A stretch of DNA of 64,000 bases from an uncultured virus (IMG/VR IMGVR_UViG_3300025015_000025) (Duplodnaviria > Heunggongvirae > Uroviricota > Caudoviricetes). This document shows positions 19,918 to 29,700 of this stretch, one piece after another; the stretch's first letter is position 1, and each line of letters opens with the position of its first letter. The notes below the pieces were generated by a model. That model worked only from the letters and a program-made list of their open reading frames with translations. It was not told where the DNA came from and did no database searches. The DNA lies in IMG/VR virus record IMGVR_UViG_3300025015_000025, positions 1 through 64,000 of that record. The stretch is one strand, 5' to 3'. The translations under genes and the position numbers were made by a program.

Positions 19918-20286
19918 GTGACGCAACAGAACTGTGTTGGGAAGGTCCACTACCCGCTGTGGTATCGTCTGACCAACCTTATTCCTGCAATTCGGAGGAA
20001 ACGGCAAGCGATCTGGGACAATGTACTTAAGCGCAAAGGGCCTTTCATTTACCTTCCCTATACGCCTGTGTATAAACCCCTTTCCATGGATGACATTGTA
20101 CGTGGGTACAGCCCCTTGTGGGCGAGACTGCTCTATTTCCTGCCCGTGGTGCGTCGCTATGCCAATCGGAGATTCTCCCGGATGCCTATGGTTAGAGCCT
20201 ATGCGCAGAGGCCCATCAACAAGATGTTCTACCAGGTGGGCACGATTAACACGGGTAAACACGACGCTGGAGACTCCCATGAATGA
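19918..20286 (+). CDS. small protein built from major-capsid-like motifs
   Basis: YLPYTPVY and YAQRPINKMFYQVG match the MCP C-terminal LLPYIPLY and YAKKIINKNYYVKG; RBS AGGAGGG. Confidence 0.6.
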   Translation: MTQQNCVGKVHYPLWYRLTNLIPAIRRKRQAIWDNVLKRKGPFIYLPYTPVYKPLSMDDIVRGYSPLWARLLYFLPVVRRYANRRFSRMPMVRAYAQRPINKMFYQVGTINTGKHDAGDSHE

Positions 20287-21067
20287 GGCTATTCGTGTCC
20301 CCGGCATGACTGAGGAGGAATGCAGGCAGTTGATCCCGCCAGGGACGTTCCTGTTGGGCTACGCAGGCTCCCGAGCGCATGGCACCTATCCCCCGCCGGA
20401 GGTTCCCGGATCCGTTGACGACATAGACCTGATGGGCGTCGCGTTCGCCAAGCCGGAAGTCTACCTGGGACTGGCTCAATGGGATCACGTCCAGATCATC
20501 CGGGGCCAGTGGGACGTGACAGCCTATGAAGTCCGCAAGTTCGTCCGGCTCCTGCTCAAGCAGAATCCTAACGTGCTTAGCCTGCTGTGGTTGCCTGATG
20601 AGTGCTACGTCCATCAGACCCCCGCAGGGCAATGTTTAGTGAATAACCGAGATCTCTTCACGTCAACGCAGATATTCCATTCCTTTGCGGGATACGCCTA
20701 TGAGCAGCTCCGGCACATGGAACAGCGTTCCGTCAATTCCCGCATGGGGGAGAAGCGGCGGAAGGTCGTCCAGCGGTACGGTTATGATTGCCTTGCGGCT
20801 AGCCACCTGATACGGCTCTTGCGCATGGCCATTGAGTTCCTTGGCGATGGTATTCTGCGCGTCCGGCGTCCGGATGCCTCCGGTCTGTTGGAGATCAAAA
20901 CCGGGCTACGGACTCTGGAAAGCGTGAACGCGGAGGCCACCAAGCTATTCAAGAAAGCTGAAACTGCCTTTGCGAAGTCGCCGTTGCCTGCCACGCCGCA
21001 GACGCGCAAGGCGGAAGAACTGCTGATGGAGATCGTGCGCAACTACTTGCTGATGGGTGTTGCGTGA
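20279..21067 (+). CDS. Pol-beta superfamily nucleotidyltransferase (PF10127/RlaP-like)
   Basis: GSRAHGT...DDIDLMGV, KFVRLLLKQNPNVLSLLW, YDCLAASHLIRLL. Confidence 0.85.
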   Translation: MNEAIRVPGMTEEECRQLIPPGTFLLGYAGSRAHGTYPPPEVPGSVDDIDLMGVAFAKPEVYLGLAQWDHVQIIRGQWDVTAYEVRKFVRLLLKQNPNVLSLLWLPDECYVHQTPAGQCLVNNRDLFTSTQIFHSFAGYAYEQLRHMEQRSVNSRMGEKRRKVVQRYGYDCLAASHLIRLLRMAIEFLGDGILRVRRPDASGLLEIKTGLRTLESVNAEATKLFKKAETAFAKSPLPATPQTRKAEELLMEIVRNYLLMGVA

Positions 21068-21565
21068 CATACATCACCGGTCGGTCTGAGCGTGAGAAGG
21101 CATAGGGAACCCATCGGGAGTACCTGGACCACATGCCGGTGGTGATGACGGATCAGCACTGCGGCCGGTTGCATCGTTGTCCGCTCTGTGGCAAGGAGGA
21201 GTGGAGCGTCTGGGGCCGTGCACGGAAGCATTGGGAATCACATAAGAAGGGGAACAAAGTATGAACCTACGCTACTTATGTCAAAATGTGGTTGCAATTT
21301 ACAAACCGGAGATACTGTGCCTGTTGCTCAAGGCATTGCCGTATTCATCAAGCCGTGTCTGATATGCAAAGAGATCGAAGAAAAAGGTGCTAAAGCAAAG
21401 AAGCCAAAGAAGCCGAGGACTAAATGAGCGTTCTTGAGGAATCAGTACGATGAAAATAGCCTTGACAAGGCAACAGGCTATAGCGCTGTGCCTATCTATT
21501 GCTATTGCCGTATTCGCTATCCTCCAATGGCTTGAGGTCATTGAAATCCAGGACAAAGCTACAGA

Positions 21566-23047
21566 ATGAAGACAACACTCTTATGCGGTGATGCGCTGGA
21601 AGTCCTCCGAACACTTCCCGATAATTTCGCAAGTTGCTGTGTTACGTCTCCTCCCTATCTCGGGTTGCGGGATTATTTAGTCTCCGGCCAGATTGGGCAA
21701 GAAGTCCTGCCGGAAGAGTATGTTGCTAACTTGGTAGCCGTCTTTCGGGAGGTTCGGCGAGTTCTACACGATAGTGGGACGTGCTGGATTGTGATGGGCG
21801 ATGCTTACTGCGGTGGTGGTCGCACGGGAAAGGGCGGTAAACAGATATGGGGTGGAATGGAAAAGAGTCAAAGTGGGCGTGGGCTGGCGTACGGTCAGCC
21901 GACGGGAAAGTTGCCGGGAATTAAAACCAAGGACATGCTTGGCCTGCCTTGGATGCTGGCCTTTGCGCTCAGAACTGATGGCTGGTACTTGCGGCGTGAC
22001 ATAATCTGGACGAAAGAAAACTGTATGCCATCTTCCGTCAAGGACAGACCAACATGCAATCACGAGACGATCTTTCTCTTGTCTAAAAAGCCCAACTACT
22101 TTTATGACTACGTGGCGGGATTGGAAGACGCTGTGTCCGCATCCGCTCATGACGTGACGGGCCAAGGGTACGCTGCGCCAGGACAATCCCCACAGAAGGG
22201 CTCCCGTCCGCGTGGTGGCAAGAGTGCCTTTCGTGGCCAGGGTCACCAGCGTTCTACTCCGTCAGGCCCGGCGAACCGCTCAGGAAGAGACATGCAGACG
22301 GTTGGACCGGGAATCATTAGGCTTGCAGCGTCCGGCAATAAAGAGCGCCGCTTTGGTGAAGATGCGGGGCGTCCAGGTAGCCATCTCGGAAGGTCTGTTC
22401 CGTGGGAAGGCTTCAAGCGCAACCGGAGGACAGTGTGGTCCGTTCCAACCGTTCCGTTCAACGGGAAGAAGTTTGGCGCACAGGATCACTTCGCCGTATT
22501 CCCCTTACGGCTCATCGAACCCATGATCCAGATAGCCACGAGTGAGTATGGCATATGTTCTCAATGCGGAACGCCTTGGGAACGCGAGTACCGGAAGAAA
22601 ACAGTGTTCCTATCCGGATCCGGCAAAGCAGGAAAAGCACCTGTGGGGAAACATGCTGGATCGGAGCAAGTACAAAGCGGCGAATATGATGTGCGCATGG
22701 GCGCATATATGGCATACGAGACAACCTGCTGGAAGCCGACATGCGCATGTGAAGCGCCTCCAGTCCCCGCCGTTGTGCTGGACCCGTTCTGCGGGAGCGG
22801 CAGTGTCGGCGTCGTGTGCAAACACTATGGCCGGTCCTTTATCGGTATCGACCTGCACCCCGGCAACGTTGAACTGTCCAGCAGGCGCATTGCCCTGGAT
22901 GACTCGTTGAATAAGACTCCGCGCGCCGTCAAGCCCCGAAAGGGCAAGGACGCGCCTCGGCATATCCCGATGGCTGGACTCTTACCAAACTTTGACTTGA
23001 CAAACGAGAAATTGCCTGTAAGATTAACACCTGTAGAAGAGGAGTGA
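21566..23047 (+). CDS. DNA amino-methyltransferase (N4-C/N6-A, beta class)
   Basis: CVTSPPY catalytic motif, IIWTK.N.MP.SVKDR, HFAVFP, VLDPFCGSG SAM-binding motif. Confidence 0.92.
   Translation: MKTTLLCGDALEVLRTLPDNFASCCVTSPPYLGLRDYLVSGQIGQEVLPEEYVANLVAVFREVRRVLHDSGTCWIVMGDAYCGGGRTGKGGKQIWGGMEKSQSGRGLAYGQPTGKLPGIKTKDMLGLPWMLAFALRTDGWYLRRDIIWTKENCMPSSVKDRPTCNHETIFLLSKKPNYFYDYVAGLEDAVSASAHDVTGQGYAAPGQSPQKGSRPRGGKSAFRGQGHQRSTPSGPANRSGRDMQTVGPGIIRLAASGNKERRFGEDAGRPGSHLGRSVPWEGFKRNRRTVWSVPTVPFNGKKFGAQDHFAVFPLRLIEPMIQIATSEYGICSQCGTPWEREYRKKTVFLSGSGKAGKAPVGKHAGSEQVQSGEYDVRMGAYMAYETTCWKPTCACEAPPVPAVVLDPFCGSGSVGVVCKHYGRSFIGIDLHPGNVELSSRRIALDDSLNKTPRAVKPRKGKDAPRHIPMAGLLPNFDLTNEKLPVRLTPVEEE
22997..23024 (+). 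promoter_or_regulatory. possible sigma70 promoter inside the MTase 3' end
   Basis: TTGACA-16-TAAGAT upstream of the GAGGAG RBS. Confidence 0.55.
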
Positions 23048-23370
23048 CCATGCGATTTGAAATCCATGTGTATCATCACATTGACAGCGCAACCAATGAA
23101 AAACTGGACCGTATACTCCACGCGCTGGAGGCCGTTCAGAGAAAGGAGGATGCCATGTCCGTGGAACTGGATGCTTTGCAGGCACAGGTCGAAGCCAATG
23201 CGTCGTTGGAGCAGTCGGCCATCGCGCTGATCACGGGGATTGCGGAGCAGCTCGCCGCCATCAAGGATGATCCGGCCAAGATCGCCGCCCTGTCCGCGTC
23301 GCTCAAGGCCAGCGCCGATTCCCTTTCGGCCGCCATTCTGGCCAACACGCCTGCCGCACCTCCGGCCTGA
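23044..23370 (+). CDS. Ala-rich coiled-coil hypothetical protein
   Basis: Heptad-rich; second RBS AAGGAGG with in-frame ATG 23155. Confidence 0.7.
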   Translation: MTMRFEIHVYHHIDSATNEKLDRILHALEAVQRKEDAMSVELDALQAQVEANASLEQSAIALITGIAEQLAAIKDDPAKIAALSASLKASADSLSAAILANTPAAPPA

Positions 23371-23397
23371 ACCACCGGCAACGAAGCATGAACACAC

Positions 23398-23428
23398 GGG
23401 TCGGGCACAGGTCCGGCCCTTTTCTTTT
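23398..23428 (+). terminator. intrinsic terminator
   Basis: GGGTCGGGC-ACAG-GTCCGGCCC followed by TTTTCTTTT. Confidence 0.8.
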
Positions 23429-23432
23429 CCCA

Positions 23433-23461
23433 TTGACAAACCCACTAACCTATGATATAAT
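23433..23461 (+). promoter_or_regulatory. consensus sigma70 promoter, probably leaderless transcript
   Basis: TTGACA-17-TATAAT with TG extension; 6 nt to ATG 23468. Confidence 0.88.
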
Positions 23462-23467
23462 CCTACC

Positions 23468-23695
23468 ATGAGTTTACGCGATAATCCCTCTTGCAGGATT
23501 GAGTTCGGCGATTCCGGCCCGGATAGCTTAGGCCGAAGGCGTTTCACGTTGCTTTGGGAAGACGCTGGAAACGAATGGATTAAGGAGCCTTCCAAGCAAG
23601 ACGGCAAGCCCGTCGGCCACAGGCGGGCGCAGTGCTTTTTCGCTGCCCCTGAGAAGCAAGGGTTTACCGTACACGGAGAAAGGCTCCCGCAATGA
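23468..23695 (+). CDS. hypothetical protein
   Basis: Leaderless ATG; ATGA overlap with the next gene. Confidence 0.6.
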   Translation: MSLRDNPSCRIEFGDSGPDSLGRRRFTLLWEDAGNEWIKEPSKQDGKPVGHRRAQCFFAAPEKQGFTVHGERLPQ

Positions 23696-24258
23696 CGTGT
23701 GTCGTCGGGCTCGTGGAACGCTCCGGGGTTGTGTGGATGGGTGGAGATACCCTTGGATCGAATGGTCACTACATCATCCAGCGCCGGGATCCTAAGGTAT
23801 TCCGGCGAGGGTCTTACTTGATTGGCTACACCTCCTCCTTTCGCATGGGGAACCTCCTGCGCTATGAGGGGACCCTTCCGGAGTGGTCACAGAACGGTTA
23901 TACCCTGCCGGAGTTCATGGTGCGGGAGTTCGTGCCGGTCGTGCGCCAACTCCTGAAAGACTCCGGCTACGCGGAGATCGTCAATAATCAGGAGTTTGGT
24001 GGCACGTTCTTGGTGGCCGTAGCCGGAGAACTGTTTGAGATTAGCAATGACTTCCAAGTGGGGCAGCCCTCGGACGCCTACGCGGCTATTGGAGGCGGCC
24101 GGGAGGTGGCCTTGGGCGCGATGTTCGCTGCGGCGGGACAATCCCCCAGGACCCGGATTGAAATGGCCCTGAGGGCCTCGGAGCGCTTTACCGCCGGTGT
24201 GCGCCGCCCGTTCACGATCTTGAGGTTGCCGGCGCCTAAAAGAGGGAATCATGCCTGA
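23692..24258 (+). CDS. HslV/proteasome-beta-like Ntn peptidase
   Basis: N-terminal M-T-C-V-V-G, MGGD, KVF, AIGGG..ALGAM. Confidence 0.75.
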   Translation: MTCVVGLVERSGVVWMGGDTLGSNGHYIIQRRDPKVFRRGSYLIGYTSSFRMGNLLRYEGTLPEWSQNGYTLPEFMVREFVPVVRQLLKDSGYAEIVNNQEFGGTFLVAVAGELFEISNDFQVGQPSDAYAAIGGGREVALGAMFAAAGQSPRTRIEMALRASERFTAGVRRPFTILRLPAPKRGNHA

Positions 24259-25469
24259 GTGTACAGCGTGCCAGAATCGAGGGAAGACTTGGCAGGGGGG
24301 CGATCCGGTATGTGCGTTTCCGAACGGCGTGTTTGACTCCTCTAATTGGAACATGCGCGTCTTTCATCACACGGACAATGACGGTAAGTGTGCGGCGGCT
24401 ATCGTCCTGCTGGCGTATCCTTCCCAGGACATTCAGCTAACGCCGGTGGACTACAAGGACCCCTTCCCCTTCGACGGCATCAAACCTAACGAGGAAGTCT
24501 GGATCGTGGACTTCCACTTGGCCACGAAAGAGAACTGGGAGCGCCTCCTGGCCATCACGCCCAATGTCAAGTGGTTTGACCATCACGTCACGGCGGTGGA
24601 GAAGTTCCAGGAGTACAAGGATCGGATCCCAGGCACACGTGCGGTCGGAAAGGCCGGGTGTATGCTCGTGTGGGAGTATCTCTTCCCTCGACGCCGGTTC
24701 CGTTGACGCTCCAGATGGTCAACGCCTTCGACCTATGGAAATTCCAGTACGGCGATGTTGTGCATATCTTCCAGTGTGGGTTGAACTCCTTTGATACCAG
24801 CCCGGAGCAACCCTATGGGCAACGTTGCTTCTCCCCAAAGGCATGAAAACTTCCCGTGACCGGTTGCGCATGACGCAAGACATGCTGACGCAGAACATCC
24901 AAACACGGGGAAAGGCTGTTCTGGACTATACCGAGCAGGCCAGCGCCAACCTGATGCGCGGCCTATCCTTCCGCACGGAACTGGATGGGTTAGCCTGTGT
25001 CGCATGCAACACCGCGTACACGGGCAGCTTTGCCTTTCGTTCCGTGCGCGACAACGCCACCCCGCTCATGGCGGCATTCTGCTTCGACGGCAAGCGCTGG
25101 ACGGTGACGGTGTACAGTGAGACCGTGGACGTGTCCACAATCGCGGCTAAGCGGGGCGGAGGCGGGCACAAGAACGCCGCCGGATGGGTCTGTGACACAC
25201 TGCCCCAGGAGTTTCAGATCAAGCCAGCTATCGGCACTGGAGCCCGTGAGGCGCTGGCCAACTACGCCCATGAGGCTTGGACAGGCTGGACGAAGCACTT
25301 GTTCTCCAAATGCTCAATGCAATCTGATGACACGCTGGCGATACCTCCAGACGTTGTAGACCGGGCGCAACGGCAAATGGCGACGAAGTTCATTGATTTG
25401 CCTGACGAGGAGAAAGCAAGCGACTTGGAACAGGCGGACGCTATCCTGCGCGTGCTGGCAAACCAATGA
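24251..25469 (+). pseudogene. DHH/DHHA1 phosphoesterase split by two frameshifts (possibly sequencing errors)
   Basis: HTDNDG, IVDF, WFDHH, then DLW in a second frame, then GGGGHKNAAG in a third frame. Confidence 0.8.
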
Positions 25470-25696
25470 GCGAAAAGTCAACGGCGTCTGTCTTTGTCAA
25501 AATAATCACTTCGGATTATGTTTACATGCCGGGGGTCGTGTTGCATGAGGACATGCCCGCACGCCCTCCAGTTGCCAATTTTCTTCCCTACATCCCACTC
25601 CCCGCGCCTACGCACGGTTGCCGGTATTGCGGACGAAGGGGGATCACGACGGGTAACTGCCCCGGTTGCGGCGCACCGGATGAGGGGGTCCTATGA
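25466..25696 (+). CDS. small zinc-ribbon protein
   Basis: CRYCG...CPGCGAP; contains FLPYIPL. Confidence 0.55.
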   Translation: MSEKSTASVFVKIITSDYVYMPGVVLHEDMPARPPVANFLPYIPLPAPTHGCRYCGRRGITTGNCPGCGAPDEGVL

Positions 25697-26157
25697 TCAA
25701 CCATCCTACAACGGAGATCACGCAGCTCTGGAATAACTTCGGATTTCTCTGGTCCATAGACTTCCGAGCGCCGGAACAGTTTATGGTGACTTGTGCGAGC
25801 ATAAAAGAAACCGATGGTCCGTTCATATCGTACGAGGAAGCCTTTGTTCGGGTTGATCAATTCTTCTCAGCGTACTTACGGAAAACGAACACGCCGCCCC
25901 GCGAATTCTCCCTCTGCAAGCCAACAGGCGCAGGTAGCCGTCAAATCCTTGGTGTGCAAAGACTATGGTGTTTGCGTATTCTTGGGAAGAACGGCAAGTT
26001 GTTGAATGTGGATGGACCGTCGCTCTGTGGGCGCATCCAAGCTGGTTTAGGCAAAGATGTTGTCCAGCCCGTCGAGAGTGTGAAGCTATCCCATCTATGC
26101 CTTGAGTGCGCGAGGATTTATATTGACATTGCGCGCCGACTCGCGGGCCAACGCTAA
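25693..26157 (+). CDS. hypothetical protein
   Basis: SLCG...CLEC motif; operon context. Confidence 0.5.
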   Translation: MINHPTTEITQLWNNFGFLWSIDFRAPEQFMVTCASIKETDGPFISYEEAFVRVDQFFSAYLRKTNTPPREFSLCKPTGAGSRQILGVQRLWCLRILGKNGKLLNVDGPSLCGRIQAGLGKDVVQPVESVKLSHLCLECARIYIDIARRLAGQR

Positions 26158-26172
26158 TTCAGGAGAGCAAAC

Positions 26173-27036
26173 ATGAAGATCAAATCCATCACCATCGCCC
26201 CTGACGTGGAAGCCGTGTTGCGGCAAGCAGTGCTTATGGGTAACATGCTCGTTCTCCAAGGCCAGTTGTCCCGTGACCTCTATGTCAAGACCAACAAGGT
26301 TTTGGAACTCGTCGGATTCAAGTGGAGTAAAAAGTTCAAAGGCCACGTCGGGGAAGGGGACTCTATGGACCGGTTGAAGGAAGCGTTGTCCGGCGGAACC
26401 GTAGTGGACGAGAAAGCAACCTTCCAGTTCTACGAGACGCCAGATGACCTGGCCGACCGCATGGTGGAGTTGGCGAATATCAGAGAAGGGGACCGCGTGT
26501 TGGAGCCCAGCGCAGGCAAAGGGGCCTTGGTCCACGCCATTTTCCGCAGACACAAGAGCTTCCCGCGTGTCTTTGTTTGTGAACTGGAGCCGAAGATGCG
26601 TGCGGCCCTGTCGCAAATCCCCGGCGTTGCCATCACCGGGGAAGACTTTTTAGCTCATCGTGCTTTCTACGATTGCATCATTATGAACCCGCCATTCTCC
26701 GATGGACAGGACATTGCACACGTCCAGCACGCCTACACACTACTCTCCACCGGCGGTGTCCTGGTGGCGATCACGTCACCCTCGTGGACGTTCAACGCGG
26801 CGAAGAAGTATCAAGCCTTCCGCGCGTGGCTGAATGAGTTGCGCGTGGGGGATGCCGTGCGTGTGGACGAGGAACTGCCGGAGGGGACGTTCAAGGCCAG
26901 TGGAACCTGCGTGAACTCCCGGATGCTGTGCATTCAAAAGCCGCGCGCACTGGCGGATCAACTTGTGACGCCCATCCAGTACCCAATGGTCTCCCAGCGG
27001 AGCAAGATAACCTTCATCGAAGACTCGAAGGAGTAG
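26173..27036 (+). CDS. class I SAM-dependent (N6-adenine-type) DNA methyltransferase
   Basis: QFYETP, VLEPSAGKG, IIMNPPF, LPEGTF. Confidence 0.85.
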   Translation: MKIKSITIAPDVEAVLRQAVLMGNMLVLQGQLSRDLYVKTNKVLELVGFKWSKKFKGHVGEGDSMDRLKEALSGGTVVDEKATFQFYETPDDLADRMVELANIREGDRVLEPSAGKGALVHAIFRRHKSFPRVFVCELEPKMRAALSQIPGVAITGEDFLAHRAFYDCIIMNPPFSDGQDIAHVQHAYTLLSTGGVLVAITSPSWTFNAAKKYQAFRAWLNELRVGDAVRVDEELPEGTFKASGTCVNSRMLCIQKPRALADQLVTPIQYPMVSQRSKITFIEDSKE

Positions 27037-27276
27037 ACTTTGGCCTATTCTTTCTGCGAGTCCACAACAGCCTCTTCCAGGAGCCCTTGGTGCATTCGCA
27101 GGCTGACGGACGCGGGGAGGAAGACTGGAGGTGGCGTAGATACACCGTCCCTGTGTGGCCGCGTGCGAGAAGGGCGAGGCTGGGATCTTACCGTCGAACT
27201 GGTCTCCTACCATCTAACCAAGAATGCCTGCCCTGCATGCAAGGATATCTTCGATCAAGAGACACGCGCCGTTGAG

Positions 27277-27305
27277 TTGACAAAGTAATAAATTGCGGGT
27301 ATAAT
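27277..27305 (+). promoter_or_regulatory. consensus sigma70 promoter
   Basis: TTGACA-17-TATAAT. Confidence 0.88.
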
Positions 27306-27328
27306 AGCCAAGTATCATAGGAGGCACC

Positions 27329-27577
27329 ATGCAGGATGTGTACAGGGAACTGATAATCGCGGCCATGAAATATTCCAATGGGACATGCTGTCTGCTGGTG
27401 GATGGGAATAAGCACGCGGCCGTTTTGGACTCTTATGAGGATGGACACGAGATGCTGGATCTGGGCATCCTCCCCTTGTACGACACGGAAGAGGAGGCGA
27501 TTAGGGCGCTGTTGAGTAGATTCAGTGCGCCGGGGCCAGCTCCGGTAGTGGAAGAGGGGGCAACCTGTGTGGGGTAA
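27329..27577 (+). CDS. hypothetical protein
   Basis: RBS AGGAGG after the promoter. Confidence 0.65.
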   Translation: MQDVYRELIIAAMKYSNGTCCLLVDGNKHAAVLDSYEDGHEMLDLGILPLYDTEEEAIRALLSRFSAPGPAPVVEEGATCVG

Positions 27578-28432
27578 CCCGTGGCGGTGGCGTATCCTCG
27601 TGTGCTGTGCAGTGTTCCTTATCATCTTGGGAGTTCTCCTGTGCCGAGCGGTCCGATAGTTCACCCACCGGTGGAGCTGCGGTGCGGGCACTGCAATGCT
27701 ATGCTGACGTGGTGGGATCGCAAGGGGCATACGCTGGTCCTATCCTGCGCCAATTGCCGGGATCGCGCTTTAGGCGTTGGTGTCCTGGTAGGCATGAAGG
27801 CAATGGAAGGCGGGAACGGAAAGGCCAAAGTGGAAGCAACAATCACGGGGGATGAGCACTGGAGAACGGCGCAGTTCCCTCCGGCGGTCATTGCTCTGCT
27901 TTCCTCCTGCGTGGATCAGTACTTGTGGCCCCCGCCCAATCGCAAAAGGTTGCGGAGGCGCTAATGGACGAATTGCAGGCGATGGCACGGAAGTTTGAAG
28001 CTCAGCTTGAGGCGTGTATCATCCGTACCGTCCAAGAAAAAGGCAACGCGGCCGACGATGACGGCGCGGTTATAGAAGAAACCCGTCGTCTTATGTGTGA
28101 GGCCATGAATGTGTTCATTACCCGAATCAAAGAACACGGGGAACAGTACCGCCGCCGGTGCGTCAAGTTCACGCACAAGGAATTCTTCCTTTCCATGCAC
28201 CACGGGTTTATGGACTGGGATCACTTCGTGGACTTCTTGACATTCTCCGACAACACAAAAGCGCACCTGAAGAAAGACTTCCGCGATGCCTTGTTTGAGC
28301 AGGATCCCCTTCGGTTGGAACTCTATGAGAAGGGGCGCAAGCTGCACTTGGAGTGCGAGCAAGAACGCTTGGTACGCGGGGAGAAGAAAGCCCTCGTGAA
28401 CCGGCTCAAGCATCCAAATATTAGGTGAAGGA

Positions 28433-28966
28433 ATGGATATGGACTATACATGGGTCATCAATCACGGCTCAGTTTTGCTCCCTGGTTTTCAACAGAAATC
28501 CGTGGGGAAGTTTGTCAGTAATGGGGTCTACGCATTCCAAAGAGAAACGCCTGATGGACACATGCTTTGGCCGTTTCTGGAGAGCGAAATGAAACTCCTT
28601 CCTACTATATTTTCGCGCGTCTGTGGCTGGTGTCATACGCCGCAAGGCACGTGTGTATCTCCGAGCGACCTATGCGAGAACCGCAAGGGAATTTTGTATT
28701 GCACTCGGGAACGTGGACATGAGGGAGCACACGTTGCGTGTAGACTGGGTGGGTCATTGGATGCGCCTGACGCCCATCCTATTCTGGTATGGTCCGAGTT
28801 GCCCCAAGAAGGCAGGTGTCAGGTTGACGTTGAGATTCCTGACCCTGATGGCACGATTGACTATCGTCCTATTCTCGCGCATGGTACTCCTTTGAGGACC
28901 GGAGATCCAAAGGAAGTGCGCGTGTTATGCCTCAATGAAAAACAAGCGCCGTGGTGTATGGTCTGA
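28433..28966 (+). CDS. hypothetical Cys/His-rich protein
   Basis: C..CTRERGHEGAHVAC motif. Confidence 0.55.
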   Translation: MDMDYTWVINHGSVLLPGFQQKSVGKFVSNGVYAFQRETPDGHMLWPFLESEMKLLPTIFSRVCGWCHTPQGTCVSPSDLCENRKGILYCTRERGHEGAHVACRLGGSLDAPDAHPILVWSELPQEGRCQVDVEIPDPDGTIDYRPILAHGTPLRTGDPKEVRVLCLNEKQAPWCMV

Positions 28967-29023
28967 TTCATGATGCACTATGCTTGGCCCGCTTGGGTTA
29001 TATTATCAAGAAGGAGAACTAAC

Positions 29024-29332
29024 ATGGGAATCTACAAGACGGAGTACAAGTGTTCCCGGTGCAAGAACGTTGTGGCCTCCATCGAGCCCCCGGACGGAGG
29101 TATCCTGATTGCCCCCTGCGCTCTGTGCTTGAAGGAGTACCACCAGAAGGGCGTGGAGTTTGCGGAGGCGCAAGCCAAGAAGGAGGCTGGGATGTCGCCG
29201 GAAGACCTCCAGGACCGGAAGAACTTACAGACCATCCAAACCCTCCTGAGAAATCGTGGGGACGCACACCTGGCCGAATGGGTTACGCTAAAACTTGCCG
29301 AACAGGTGATGCAGACACTCCCCAAGGAATAG
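29024..29332 (+). CDS. hypothetical zinc-binding protein
   Basis: RBS AAGGAG; CSRC...PCALC. Confidence 0.6.
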   Translation: MGIYKTEYKCSRCKNVVASIEPPDGGILIAPCALCLKEYHQKGVEFAEAQAKKEAGMSPEDLQDRKNLQTIQTLLRNRGDAHLAEWVTLKLAEQVMQTLPKE

Positions 29333-29700
29333 GGCAACCCGTCGTGTCCTGCTGCCCCTGCGATTTTGAACGAATGCTTCAAAAGGCCCGAGAGGGGGAG
29401 AGTGTCTCGGTTTGCACTTCCTCTTGGACGGCCCCAGGAAATTCTATGCCCTATCTCTGCACGCGCATCAACGATCATGCGGGTCAGCACATGGCCTGTG
29501 GAACAGTTCCTCCTGAATGTGGAGGACTCCCGTTGGCTACGTGGGATGATGCCGGTGTAGGTGAGCGAAGGGCACGAGTGCCTTTTACAGACTATCCGAA
29601 GTCCTACCTGCACGAGGCCAAGGCGCTATTCGCTCGCGTTTTAGACTGCCTGACGTTCCGGAAGTAGAGAACAGAGCAATAAAAAGAAACGGAGTAGACT

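Noticed and set aside
21064..21264. In-frame TAG inside a possible small C2H2-like zinc-finger ORF, suggesting stop-codon recoding
   Set aside because: Single case; many genes here end at TAG directly before the next gene's RBS or start (755, 2870, 7658, 53587), so the standard code fits
17167..27036. Methyltransferases plus MmcB-like nuclease as a restriction-modification system
   Set aside because: The genes are not adjacent; orphan methyltransferases and MmcB-like genes are common in phages
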